Positions 13,545-26,312 of a stretch of 64,000 bases of DNA are shown here, piece after piece. The stretch spans positions 34,660,001 through 34,724,000 of the forward strand of contig NC_045696.1 in NCBI RefSeq assembly GCF_009834535.1, given 5' to 3'. Below the pieces are notes generated by a model, which did not search any database, was not told the origin of the DNA, and saw only the letters and a list, made by a program, of their open reading frames with translations. The position numbers were made by a program, and so were the translations under genes. Each line of letters starts with the position of its first letter. Position 1 is the first letter of the stretch. The stretch is from Camelus ferus. Its lineage: Eukaryota.

Positions 13545-14250
13545 AAGCCTGGGATCAAATTCTGGTCTTCATTATTTGTTAGCTCTATAACCATGGGCAA
13601 GTTACTTAGTCTTTATATGTCTCAACTTTTCCCTACATGGCAATAATATTAGTACCCATCTCCTAGGATCATGGTGAGGTTTAACAGTAAGCTTCTGCTG
13701 TGTAACCAACTACCCAAAACTTAGTGGCTAAATACAATAATCATTTATTATTTCTATAACTCTATGGATTGGCTAGGAGGTTCTTTGCATCTGGAGAGGC
13801 TTGACTGAAGAGGAATGGTTTAGATTGGTTTTATTTAAATGTTGGTGGTTGGCAGACTAATTGGTCTAAGGAGGTCTCACCTCATCAGATATCTGCCAGA
13901 TGAGCAGTATGTCTCATTATCCTACAGGCCAACCTAGGCTTCTTCATATGTTGTTCTCAGGGCAGCAAAAGAGAACAAGTCCGTTTTTAAGCCTCTGCTT
14001 GCATCATGTTTGCTAATGCCTTTTGCCTAAAGCAAGTCACATGGTCAAGCCCAGATTAAAGGAGTGGAAAGACAGACTCCACCCCTTGACAAGAGGAGTG
14101 GAAATTCACATCACAGAGAACACATTCAGGAATGGGTGGAATTTGTGGTATTTCTGCAATTTTCCACATGAGGATGAGATGGGTTAGTAGTGCTGAGAGT
14201 AAAGTGCTTAGAATCAGAGATGGCATATAGTAAGAATTAAAATGTTATCT
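13545..14250 (+). mobile_element. MIR interrupted by a MaLR LTR
   Basis: 'ctataaccatgggcaagttacttagtctt...ggcaataatattagtaccc...tgagg' resumes at 14169 with 'tgaggatgagatg...gtaaagtgcttagaa...tggcatatagtaag'. Confidence 0.6.
13680..14168 (-). mobile_element. MaLR solo LTR (MLT1 family) with 5-bp TSD
   Basis: 'gctgtgtaaccaactacccaaaacttagtggctaaatacaa...aaagcaagtcacatggtcaagcccaga...ttccaca'. TSD tgagg at 13675-13679 and 14169-14173. Confidence 0.7.
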
Positions 14251-15762
14251 ACCATCTTCATCATGTTTGTAAATAGCACCACCTTCACACTTAGTTCTTG
14301 CTATTAGAGTAGGTTTTGTGTTATCTCTTTTATATGTAAATGAGAAATTATATCAATTTAGATGCTGTTGAAATTCTGATCTTCAATTTCTGAGTCCTTT
14401 GCAATATCCTGCCAGGTGGATTCTCTTTAAGAAAGTGATAACATGATCATTAAAAAAAAAAGAAAATTATCTCTTCAGTTCATTCTTTGCTGCCTGAGTG
14501 AGGAATTAAAAAAAAATCTGGGTTCCTCCTTTTTAATTCTAATTTTCTGGCCCTTTTCCACAATATTCTCAATCTGCCCCCAAATCCAACCCACAAGCCT
14601 TGAATTACTGCTTGAACGTGCTGGAATTTTTTGTAACTACTGCTTAGAATGTTCTCCAGTCACACATAGAGACTTGCAACTTCATGAAAGGCCATGTGTT
14701 TTAGAAGACCGTCCCTCACATCTCCTGCAGAGATAAGGACTCCCTCTTCTGTGTTCTCATTGTATTCTGCACATGCCAGAAATGGAACCCATATTTCATT
14801 TGGCCAGAGAATGAAATATGTACTCCAGGTAGCTACTAATATTAAACTGTTCAACACATGAACTTACAATCTAAAGGTGGATTCTGATTATCATGAACAT
14901 CTCCTTTTTTTTTTTTTGTATTTTTAAATTTGCTCTCTATTTTTACAGTTTCACAAGAACATAAACCAAAAGACTGTACAAAGTGAGGTAATGACACTTT
15001 AGTGGTAGGGAGAATTGCAATAAGTGCATAGTCAGGATAGCTCAATGAGATTAAGGGACTGTGCGGTTAATTCCAGCAGGATTGAGATGTCAGAAAAATA
15101 AACCCCACCTTTCAAAATAAACAGACAACTGCCACAGGAATATATATATTTCCCTCTGTGTGAGTCCAGGATCTACCAAAGAAGTGCAGTGGTGGGTGGA
15201 GGTTAGCAAGAGAGATGCTGAAAGGAAACCAGACTAGAATAGCTCATTAGTTGATTATCAGCTCCTTGAAAGCAGTGAAAATATCTGACAATTTTTCTGT
15301 TGTTTGTTGTTAGCACATTGTACACTGCAGGGCACCTAAAAAAAAACACTGTGAACTCCTATATCTGTGTGATGAATGAAAAGATTCATAATGCAGTACC
15401 CAGCTTTAGCTCACATAATGAATGCACACTTTCTTGCCCATTGACACAAAAGTGTAAGAACAACTTCTGATCTGGGGAATAGCTTTCATCAGAAGAAATG
15501 AGTGCATGTATCTAGGTCAATGTTCTCTAACTACCCTGGAGGCGGGGTTCTCGAACTACATCATCTTCCTAGAGTCTGTTCAAACCATTAGAATCAGTGG
15601 CAGATGAAGTTGGACTTGGGAGGAGCCATCCAGATTAGACAGAGGATGGAACCTCTTGGGAAATGTCTTCTCTAGAATTATTGCAGAATAGACCTTTTAT
15701 GTAGGACATTGTTCATGCAGATGATCTGAATTCTATGAAGTAATCTTAGTTTTTTCTTTAAA

Positions 15763-15956
15763 CAGGGTTCTTCATTGTGGGTGCTTTTGACCCCTCAGGA
15801 ACATCTGCTAATCTCTGGAGATGTTTCAAGTTGTTTTACTGGGCAGTGGGTGTTACTGGCATCCAATGAGCAGAGGCCAGCTGCTAATAATGTACAATGC
15901 ACAAGACAGCCCCTCACAAGAAAGATGTTGATGCTGCTGCTGCTGGGAAACCTTGC
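15763..15956 (+). mobile_element. MER20 (hAT-Charlie MITE)
   Basis: 'cagggttcttca...ggaacatctgctaatctctggagatg...tactggcatccaatgagcagaggccag...tacaatgcacaagacagcccc...gaaaccttg'. Confidence 0.65.
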
Positions 15957-16049
15957 TTTAGAGCATACCTAGTATTGGCCTAGCTCAGATTTTAGGTTTC
16001 CTTTTCTTTATAGGATTATGCCTAAATAGGGAAGTATAATCTGCCCCCT

Positions 16050-16545
16050 CCAGTTTTATTGAGATATAGTTGACATATAGCACTGTATAAGTTTAAAGTG
16101 TACAGCATATGACTTGACTTACATATATTGTGAAATGATTACCACAGGAAGTTTAGTTAACATCCATCATGTCATATAGATACAAAAAACAAAAAGAAAA
16201 AAAAAGTTTTTTCCTTCTGATGAGAATTCTTAGGACCTCTTAACAACTTTCAAATATGACATACAGCAGTGTTAACTATAATCATTATGTTTTATATTGC
16301 ATCCCTAGTAATTATTTGTCTTATAACAGAAAGTTCATACTTTTTAAAAAAATTTATTGTATTTTTTATTTTAAAAATTATTTTATTATTTTATTTATTT
16401 ACTTTTTGGTAGGGGAGGTAATTAGGTTTATTTATTTTTTTCTTTAGAGGAGGTCCTGAGGATTGAACCCAGGACCTTGTGCATGCTAAGCATGCACTCC
16501 ACCACTTGATAAGCTTTTTGACTGCCTTCATCCAATTCCCTCTTC
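16050..16545 (-). mobile_element. L1 3'-UTR fragment with a nested Vic-like SINE (about 16342-16505)
   Basis: 'cagttttattgagatatagttgacatatagcactgtataagtttaaagtgtacagc' is a reversed L1 3' end. A SINE body 'gaggtcctgaggattgaacccaggaccttgtgcatgctaagcatgcactccaccact' with a T-rich tail interrupts it. Confidence 0.7.
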
Positions 16546-17681
16546 TGAAGTATTATTCTTTAATAATCAGCTTTAGAATAACAATAATTTTATCAACTAT
16601 ATTATTACCATTTTCTTTTCTTGAAAATAAAATCTTTAAAGATTTAAAGTTAAATGGTTTTGAAGAGATTTTATTTAAATGAAGCAGAAAATGATCAACC
16701 GGACTGAAAATGGCTTTGAAATAAAGTAAACCAACTTCTCTCAAACTGGAATCACTAACCAGTAATAACGGGTTCACAGCTACAAGCAGTACTCACAGCC
16801 TGGACCTTCAGAATATGAAATGGAGCCCTTGAGGCTGATACAGTGGATGAACTTGTATTGGTTTGGATTTCATTATGCTTAATAACTATGATAAATGCCA
16901 GTCATGGATTCTTGCAAATTCAATCCTGGGAAGGTTTCCATAAAGATGTGACTCAGGTAAAACAAATGTGTTTTAAGCATCTAATCTACAGTGAACAATT
17001 TGTCCTATCCCCAAGGAATGAAATAGTAATTTCAAACACATGTTTGGGTAACCGACAGTAAAGGCAATCTGAGGATTGCCATAGTAGCTTGTCTGAGAAA
17101 ATGGTATTCATGTGTAGTCTCACCAGCAAGATTCTGCTCTAATAGTAAAAATGATCCTGTCCAGTGAGGAGAGGCATCAGTTAGCTCTCAAGGGTACCCT
17201 TCCCTCCTCCCACCCCAGATATATCACCACCAAACTGGGAACCAGCCGTGCTTTATGCATACCTCACAGAGCCCCAGAGGGACCTCCTGAGCTTTCTGAT
17301 TCACAGGAGGAGCTGGCGCCCTTCCTCCCACCTCTCATCCTTTCTTTCTCCTAAAGTGTTTGTGGGGAGAACCTAGTGGCACTGACACTGAAGCCATGAA
17401 ACTGTTTGCATGTTTGTTGACAACTGGTAGATGGAAAACAGCACAGCCTGACACAGTAATTGTAGGAAGATTGAAAAAAAATCTGCATCAATGCCAGGGG
17501 ACATAAAACTATTTCTCTTCCAAATATCGTGATGCAGAACATTTCTCTTATATTTAGACTTAGAGTAACATCAGCTGAAAACTTCAGATTCTTTCTTTTG
17601 GGCTCAGAAGGCTTCTTTATATGCCATGGGAGAAGGAGGAAGCCTGATGACTAAAGGTGAATTTGGAGTGTGAGGGAAAAA

Positions 17682-17832
17682 ACCCTGACCCTGGGCCCTG
17701 AGCCCCAACTTGGGGCACAGTCTGATGGCAAACACCCTGACCCTGGGCCCTAAGCACCAACTTGGGGCACAGTCTGATGGCAAACACCCTGACCCTGGGC
17801 CCTAAGCACCAACTTGGGGCACAGTTTGGTGG
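17682..17832. repeat. 52-bp minisatellite, about 2.9 copies
   Basis: Unit accctgaccctgggccctaagcaccaacttggggcacagtctgatggcaaac starts at 17682, 17734 and 17786. Confidence 0.95.
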
Positions 17833-20025
17833 TGCCATTACTGGTACCTTAATATGGTTGAATCTAAACTGGTAAGACAAAAGAAAGATTTTTTTTTCCC
17901 TCTTAAATGTAATAACAGGAAGCTCTTGGGAGCAGATGTTTTTAGTAACCACAGGTGACAGATGCTACTGGTATTAAATGAAATAACTACCTCAGTCCTT
18001 ACAATAAGATTAGAACCAAGGGCAGGAACTTGGTGTAGGGGTGTGAATCCCAGCCAGGAGGAGAAATAAGTGGAGGCTTGTGCCACAAAAGGTTTGTCCT
18101 TAGGGAATAAACCAACGTGCCAGGATCCCTCACTCATAACAGTTGTGGTAGAAGGGCTGGCCTTTAAGTACCCCCTTTCTACCTTCCTTGCCCTGGGGTC
18201 CTGTGTCTCACCCTTTCCCCTCCACCTTGTCCATCTCTCATGTACTATAGCTTTGCTGGACCAGAGAGTGAGAAGTGGAATTGCCTCTGCCCTTCTACCA
18301 GGGGGTACTGGCTGGAGGTAAAATCTGGGGTTTGGCCTGGAGCTCACCACTCACCTACAGTCAAGAGGCCTGAGGAGGCCGGAGCTAAGACCTCTTCAAC
18401 AGGGTTTCCTTGAGATGCCCCAGCTCCATTGTATCCTCTTCTCAGTTTTCAAGGGACAACTGGCTCTAGAAGAAGAGGAGCAGGACTTTGTCCTGAGAGT
18501 CTGAGAACCAGGTCCTCTAGACTTGCTCAGGCATCTTTGCAGTTGAGCAGTTCCATTGGGCGAGCCCAGCCCCTCCCCAGCCTCTAATGGGCCTCCCCAT
18601 AGAAGCCTCATTTCACTTTTATTTGATCTACCCCTTAGCAGATTAACAACAGAGACAAATTAGCAGTGGCAACTCCACTTGCTAAGGGTGGAGGGTTGTG
18701 TGGAGGGAATAATCTCTTTTTTCAAAGGAAAAAAAATTACCTTAAAATTTTGGGTTACTTTCCAAGAATAAAAAAAGAGAGATTTTCCAGTGATCACTGG
18801 ATTGCTTTAATTTCTCTTTTCTCTTTTTACCTCTGTAAGTAGGTTTCACTCATTGGCAATTTTCTTCACGTATTTAAGATAATGCAGTATTCTGACAGGT
18901 GCGGCTTTCTGCCTGTCCCTCGCTTGCCTCACACCAACCCCACTCCTGCTGTAAGTCCCACCTGTGCTTCTCACCCTTTCCCCTCCCAACCAGATGACTT
19001 CAGTCACCCCCACCGAGAACCAAGGCTTTATGTGTGCTGAGGGCTCTTAAGTCCAGTCATCACATTCCCTTTAGGGGTTGAAGGGCCACTTGTAACACTC
19101 CTGATACATCTCTCACTCAGGATAGTAAAAATATACATATATTTTAATGAGAATCAGGATGAGGGCTGGAGAGGGTACTCCTGCTTTAACTGGTTTTAAA
19201 AATAAGTGCTACATTATTCTATAATTGTGGCAACTTTGAAAACTGAATTTTACTGGAAAGCTGCCAGCCATCAGCACCCTGATTTTGATAGGACTGTTTC
19301 TCCCTTTTTAAAATCTGTTCTTTGTTTTGTCCTGGGAAGTTGGAGCAGCTGGCTCAGACTTTGAGTTTGTTCATTTGATTGATGAGCACTCCATTTTTCT
19401 TTCCCACGCAGGTTGTTTGAGCCACAAACCACTTCATTCCAGTGTTATAATTTCAAAATAAAAGAAAATTTATATTTAAAAAAAAACTGGCTCAGTTAAG
19501 TTTTCTAATAATATAAACAAAGAGTAGATACTATCAAAAATGGTCATAATGGCTCTACGGATCTGATAAGAAATATACAGTAGAATGAGAAATGGAGAAT
19601 TATAGTTGGATCTAGTTGCTTGGGAGACCACAGTTAGGGGAAATAGGATTTTTTATTCTCATATATAAAAATTCAGTTGTTCATTCATTCATGACAATCT
19701 TCCTATGCATCAGTTAATAAATATACACTAAATGTCTAAGATGAATAAGGTATCATATTAATCTTTACAAGGCACAATTTACAAACTATAATGCCAAAGG
19801 ATCTGACAGTGAACAGGTTAGTGAAGTTGGCCAAGTGTTAGGCAATAGGAAATGATGGGGACTTGGTCAGTTGGAAAGCACATGTCCCACTTAAATGGGC
19901 AGCCACTACGCAGCTCCTGTTAAGTATAATATTTTTCAGGTCTTCTGGTTTTCCAAAAAAAAAAAAAAAAAAAATTTCAGTTTTTCTTTGTGTGTAAAAT
20001 TTCTTGATTTTAAAATAGCACGTCA

Positions 20026-21958
20026 CTTTATTCAACATTATATTGGTGGTTCTAGCCAGGGTAATTAGGCAGGGAAAAGAAAAGGCAGCCAATTTGGAAA
20101 AAAAGTAAAACTGTCTCTATTTCTAATGATATAATCTTTTATACAGAAAATTCTAAGGAATCCACTAAAGAATAAAACTATTAGGATTAATAAACGAGTC
20201 TCCAGCAAAGTTACAGAATGCCAGATCATATACACTTGGACAAGCTTTGGAAAAAATAAAGAAAATGATTCTATTTATAATACCATCAAAAAGAATACAA
20301 TATGTAGAAATAGATTTAACAAAAGAAGTTCAAGACTTGTACATGCTAAATGAAAAAAAATCACTGAAAGAAATTAAAGATGCCCTGCCCTAAATAATGA
20401 AAATACATCACATGTTGATGGGAGACCTAATTTTCTTAAGATAGTAATACTCCTTAAAGTGATTTACAAAATTCCAGCTGACTTCTTTGCAAACTTGACA
20501 AGCTAAGTCTAAAACTTCAATGGAAATGCAAGATTTCCAGAATATCCCCAATCTTGAAAAAGGAAACAAAGTGTGAGGACTCACATTTCTGATTTTAAAA
20601 CTTACTACAAAGCTACAGTACTCAAGACAGTGTGGTATGAGCATAAGAATGGACATCTAGATCATCAAGTAGAATTCAGAGTACAGAAATAAACCCTCAC
20701 ATTTTGGTCAACTGATATTTGACAAGGGTGCCAAGACAATTCAATGGGGGAAGGATAATTGTTCAGCAAGTGATGCTGGGACAACTAACTAGATATTTAC
20801 ATGCAAAAGAACAACATTAGACTCCTATCTCACATTATACATGAAAATTAACTTTAATTGGTCATAGACCTAAATAAAAGAGTTAAAACTTTTAAAACTT
20901 TTAGAGGAAAATATAGCAGTAAATCTTTCTGGCCTTGGGGTAGGCAATGTTTTCTTAATATTTTCAAAAGCATAAGTGACAAAAGGAAAAAATAGATACA
21001 TTGGATCGTATTTTTAAAATGTGTTACAAATAATACCATCAAGAAAGTGAAAGGACAACCCACAGAATAAGAGAAAATACTTGCAAATCATGTATCTGGT
21101 ACAAGACTCACCTCCAGAATATACTAAGAATTGTTAAAATTCAATATTGGAAAAACACAAACAATCCAATTAAAAATTGGACAAAGTACCTTACAGACAT
21201 TTTCCCAAAGAAGATATATAATAGCCAATAAGCACATGAAAACATGCTTAACATTATTAATCATTAGGGAACTGAAAATTAAAATCACAGTGAGATACCA
21301 CTTCACACACACTAAGTTAGAATAGAAAAAGTCAGACAATAACAAGAATTGGTGAGGATTTGGAGAAACTGAAACCCTTATATCCTGCTGGTGGGCATGT
21401 AAAATGGTGTAGCCACTTCGTAAAACTGGCAGTCTCTCTAAAGGTTAAACACAGAGTTACCACGTGATCTAGCTGTTTGCCTCCTAGGTATATACCCAAG
21501 AGAAATGAAAACATGTCCACACAAAAATCTATACACAGATATTCACAGGAGCATTATTGATAATAGCCTAAAAGTAGAAACAACCAAAATGTCCATTAAT
21601 TGATAAATGGATAAATAAAACGTGGTCTGTCAATGAACAGAATATTATTTTGCAATATAAAGTGATAAGGTAATGATATGTGATATAATGTGGGTAGGTC
21701 TGAAAACATTATGCACAGTGAAAGAAGCCAGTAACTGATGAATCCATATGATAGGATTCTGTAATACGAAATAACCAGAATAGTCAAATCTATAGAGATT
21801 GAAAATAAATTAGTGGTTACCTAGGTTGTTGGGGGAGTGATGGGGAGTACCTGTTGGTGGCTGGGTGCAGGTTTCTTTTTGGTGTGATGAAATTGTTCAA
21901 AAATTAGATTGTGATGATGGTTACACAATGCCTTTAATATACTTGAAAACAACTGTAT
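20026..21958 (+). mobile_element. 5'-truncated old L1 (L1MB-like): ORF2 C-terminal half plus 3' UTR
   Basis: Begins with the L1 RT segment 'ttattcaacattatattggtggttctagccagggtaattaggcag' (LFNI.L.VLAR.IRQ). ORF 21131-21325 contains the ORF2 remnant ANKHMKTCLTLLIIRELKIKITVRYHFTH. Many stops and frameshifts. Confidence 0.9.
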
Positions 21959-21961
21959 GGG

Positions 21962-21963
<2 letters not shown>

Positions 21964-22010
<47 letters not shown>
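21964..22010. repeat. (CA)n microsatellite at the L1 3' end
   Basis: Long uninterrupted AC run. Confidence 0.95.
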
Positions 22011-22014
<4 letters not shown>

Positions 22015-23255
22015 CATTATGCCAACCAAACCAAATGTTTTTGCAGACTGAATTTGCCATGGAGGTTGCTGATTCATGACTCCTGTTGGGGATGGAAAAA
22101 CAGACAAAAGCAAATGTTCTTTCCATTTGACCACCTTCAGATTAAGAGGGAGATGAGAAGACAGACATAAGTAGTTATAACAAAAGAGAATTTGGAAAGG
22201 AGGAAAGGAGGAAGCTCTGACTGCATGAACAAGGGGAAGGTTTCATGAGTGTGGTAGCCTTAAAGAAATAATTTTGATTTAAGACATAGAGTAGATTATT
22301 TATAGCCACATAACTCACCAAAAAAATCTAGTTGAACTGTGTTGATATGATTTTAGAGGTGTACACTAAAATGCAATTTTTTGCCAAATGATCAATGATG
22401 GAGTGATAAGATCAACAATTTCCCAAAGCCAAGGCCAAATGCAAATACCACCTAATAGAATAAACTTGTGAAATATAAGAAAAAATCTGAAATTTTATTT
22501 AAAAATGTTTAATATTATGATTAATAAAATTCTGAGGAGTCAAATTTTAAAAGTTTGACATGGAACCAGAATAGTAATTTCCCTAACCTCTTAACTACTG
22601 GATGGCTCATTTAGTCACTCTGGTCACATGTTGGAAGTACTAAATGCATACTTGCTTTCCACTGGTGTACTTAGCAATACCATTCATCTTTTTTGTACCC
22701 AGCAGAATTCAAGAAAATGTTTTTTAATTACACTTTATAAAATGAACTTAAGACATTTATAGCCTTTATTGTTAATAAATATATAAAAATTACTTAAGTT
22801 AGTTTTTAATTTTTAACCCCATAGACTCAAATCTTAAAGCATTCTTACCAAATTATTATTTTGAAGTTAGATCGGTGAGAACAAAATATAATCTGAGACA
22901 CCCACTTTTCTTTAACTCTTCATTTGTTTATATCTGTATTCTTTACTACATTTAGCTTGAAGATGATTTATTATAAAATGATTATTATATTGTTATAATC
23001 GATTATAATCGATTGTTATATACGATTCTGGATATTTTCCTCTTTGTGAAATGTTGATGTGGCAATTTTGATATTCTGATTTTAATTTACCCTCATAAGC
23101 TATGAAAATTCTTCAAGAGAATTTTTTCTTGAAAATTTTAAGGCTTCTATGGAATTAGTATAAATTGATGAATATAATTTTTAAAGATTATTTTCTTTCA
23201 TGTAACTGCTCACACAAGAAGCAATTCTGCTACAATTAGAGGAGATAGTGCTGGG

Positions 23256-23712
23256 TTGTATGTTCTTAACCTAACACTGAGACCCTCCTACCTAAGGCTC
23301 ACAACTAAGATTTTCAGGATCCTCTTTGCTGTACAATTCTGGTTAGAGTTTCCTGTTTCCTGTTGTTGTGTGGGATGTGAAAATGGAAGTGAACTGGAAG
23401 CCATGTTCCTGAGATATCGTGGTGTTAAGACATGGTGGTCTTGTAGACAGACTTGTGAACTCTCACTTCATGGTCATGGTCATGGTCATGGTGGTAGTGG
23501 TATCTCAGACTTCCCCAAAAGTTGCAGCTTCTCCAAACTCAAGGGCTTTGAGGATATTATGAATAAGTATTCCTGATCTCCTGGCTTCATCCTTGCAGAC
23601 CTTTACTTCCTAGCTCCTTCTTTAATCATGTAAGCCCTAATTCCTATATCACACTTGTTATTTTAATAATTCTTATAATGAATCTCTTCCTACAATCAAA
23701 CTAAGATTAATA
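23256..23712 (+). mobile_element. ERVL LTR remnant (LTR33-like)
   Basis: The 3' part 'cttcctagctccttctttaatcatgtaagccctaattcctata...caaactaagattaata' resembles an LTR33-family end. Boundaries are approximate. Confidence 0.4.
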
Positions 23713-23867
23713 CTTTATTCTAATCTCTATTAATAAGCTTTGTATTATTATTTATATTTTATAAGCATTTCCTATCTCCAAAAAGAAATGTTTTTCCTAA
23801 ATTTATTTAATTAATGTAATTTCTCCTAATATTAATTTAGCTGTCAGTTTATATTCAACCACTGGAA

Positions 23868-24676
23868 ATTTTTTTGTTAATTTTAGTATAGTTGATTTAT
23901 ATGTTGTGCTAGTTTCAGGTGTACAAAAAAGTGATTCAGTTATACAGATAGATAGCTAGATCGACAGATAGAAATATCTGTTCTTTTTCAGATTCTTTTC
24001 TATTATAGGTTATTACAAGATATTGGGTATAATTCCCTGTACTATACAGTGGGTCCCAGTTGTTTATTTTATATATAGTAGTGTGTATTGGCTAGTACCA
24101 AACTCCTAATTTATCCCTCCACCCATTCCCCCTTTGGTAACCATAAGATTATTTTCTATGTCTGTGAGTCTGTTTCTGTTTTGTAAATAAGTTTATTTGT
24201 ATCATTTCTTTAGATTCCACATGTAAGTGATATCATATATTTGTTTTTCTGACTGACTTCACTTAGTATGATAATCTCTAGGTCCATCCATATTGCTGCA
24301 AATGGCATGATTTCATTCTTGTTTATGGCTGAGTAATACTCCACCCCCCCCAACACTTTTATCCATTCGTCTGTCAATAGACATTTAGGTTGCTTCCATG
24401 TCTTGCTATAGTAAACAGTGCTGCTATGAACACTGGGGTGCTGGACATATGTATCTTTTTGAGTTAGTTTTCATCTTTTCTGGATATATATCCAGGAGTG
24501 GAAGTGTTGGATCATATGGTAACTCTATTTTTAGTTTTTTAAGGAAACTCCATACTGTTCTCCATAGTAGCTGCACCAATTTACATCCCCACCAAAAGTG
24601 TACAGGGGCTCCTTTTTCTCAACACCCTCTCCAGCATTTATTATTTGCAGACTTTTTGATGATGGACATTCTGACA
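23868..24676 (-). mobile_element. 5'-truncated L1 (3' UTR plus end of ORF2)
   Basis: T-tail, then 'gtatagttgattta...ccctttggtaaccataag...ttagattccacatgtaagtgatatc...aggaaactccatactgttctccatagtagctgcaccaatttacatcccc'. Confidence 0.9.
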
Positions 24677-24969
24677 GAGGATTCCCCTGTATCCTCACCC
24701 ATGATTGGAACCTGGTGACCGTAGGTTAACTTACTAAACTCTGTGTTTCAGTTCTCAGAGCTGCCTCTTTCCAGATCTCTGACCTTGAACAAGCACTCTA
24801 GTTTCTCTGTACCTCACTGTCCCCAACACCCACATTCCAGCCTACTCCCTCTCGAGCAGCATTTTTATAACTTTCAAAACTGAATACGTCATGTGTCTCT
24901 CTTCTGTCCAGCATCCTCCATGGTCTCCAGGTCCCTCAGAAAGAAGGAACAACGTCTCTGCCAGTCTAG

Positions 24970-25563
24970 GTGCCACTCGACCTCACCCCGTGTGCTGCAG
25001 ACAGAGGATGGACGCGGGTTTCCCGAATCCTCCCGCCTCAGTCGCACCTCCCAACCTTTACACGAGCCAGTCCGTCCGCCTGTACCCTCTCCCACCACAG
25101 GCCATCACACGGTTGGTCAGAAATAGGGCTCCACCCACGACCGCCTCACCCTCCTGGACACCCGGGCCTGCAGCAGGCGTCCGCGCTCGGGGCTTTAGCG
25201 TCTGGTGGGTGAGGGCGGTGCGGACCCTGAAGGACGAGCGTTTACCTGAGGTGGGTCCCTCAGCGAAGCTGCTGCCATCACTCAGTCTGTGGACCAGGCG
25301 GCCCAGAGCGGCGGGAGAGGAGCGGGGACCGGGCACGCACGTCCCTGTTCCCAGCCTGGTGCAGGGCACCCCGAGCCACGTCGCCGAGCCTCAAACCCGC
25401 CTCTGCGCCGCGGCTCCTGCTCCTCCTCTCGTGCTTTCTCATTCCCGTCAGCCGCCCGCCCGCACGGGCGCCCCCGGAGCCAGGAGAGACCCAGGGCAGT
25501 TAACATGGCCGCCGGGAGGCCGAGGCCGGAGTCCCGCCTGGGGAGATTTCATCCCGAAGGATG
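24970..25563 (+). promoter_or_regulatory. CpG island / probable promoter and first exon of an unidentified + strand gene
   Basis: Abrupt switch to GC-rich, CpG-dense sequence in a CpG-poor window. Contains GC boxes (gggcgg, ccgccc) and a YY1-like AACATGGCCGCC at 25502-25513. Ends at the consensus donor ATG|GTGAGT (25563/25564). Confidence 0.8.
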
Positions 25564-25893
25564 GTGAGTAGATTTCTTAACCCTTTAAAAGCAATTGGTC
25601 AGCTATTGTCATTGATTATTATTTTTGCAATTCATTTTGACAACGAATTGTACTTAAGCAGAGTGACAGAATTTCAACACAGAAAGCCTGTAAGATTTTT
25701 TGCTGTTGTGGTTCCGGTTATATCTAGAATGCTTTTATCAGTATTTGAATGTAAATTTTCAGAGCATGACAATAAATCTGAATGACACGTCTTATTTATA
25801 TTACTGACATGGTTATACTGATTAGTGCTGTTGGTAACTTATCAAACACCTGTCGTTGATTAGGCACAACTTCAGGAATGCTAACGGTTCTTT

Positions 25894-26312
25894 TTTTAAA
25901 GTTAATTTTTTTATTGAAGTATCGTTGATTTACAATATTGTGTTTGCTTCTAGTGTACAGTAAAGTGATCCAGTTATACATAGGTATACATATACATTTT
26001 TTTCCATTATAGTTTACTACAGGGTATTGAGTATAGTTCCCATGCTATATACAGTAGGACCTTGTTGTTTATCTATTTTATATGGATTAGTTTGTATCTG
26101 CTAATCCCAAACTCCTAATTTATCCCTCCCCAATCCTCTTTCTCCTTTGGTAACCATAAAGCTGTTTTCTATGTCTGCGAATCTGTTTCTGTTTCATAAA
26201 CAAGTTCATACATGTCATATTTTAGGTTCCACATGTGAGTGATATTAGATGGTATTTGCCTTTCTCTTTCTGATTTACTTCATTTAGTATGATAATCTGT
26301 AGGTCTCCTCAC
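25894..26312 (-). mobile_element. 5'-truncated L1 3' UTR with TSD
   Basis: Same 3'-UTR family as 23868-24676. TSD gaatgctaacggttcttt (25876-25893) / gaatgccaacagttcttt (26313-26330), followed by 'aa', consistent with an L1 endonuclease site. Confidence 0.9.

Noticed and set aside
17682..17832. Regularly spaced direct repeats resembling a CRISPR array
   Set aside because: The units are contiguous with no unique spacers, there are no cas genes, and the context is mammalian. It is a minisatellite.
17617..18350. 111-aa and 170-aa minus-strand ORFs
   Set aside because: No recognisable family or exon structure, and partly produced by the minisatellite and locally higher GC.
21821..22170. ORFs with CVCVCV / HTHTHT runs
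   Set aside because: Translation of the (CA)n microsatellite.
24891..25571. Longest ORF (226 aa) and overlapping ORFs on both strands
   Set aside because: Pro/Ala/Arg/Gly-rich with no recognisable domain. Stop-codon scarcity is expected in a CpG island, and the ORF runs through the splice donor.
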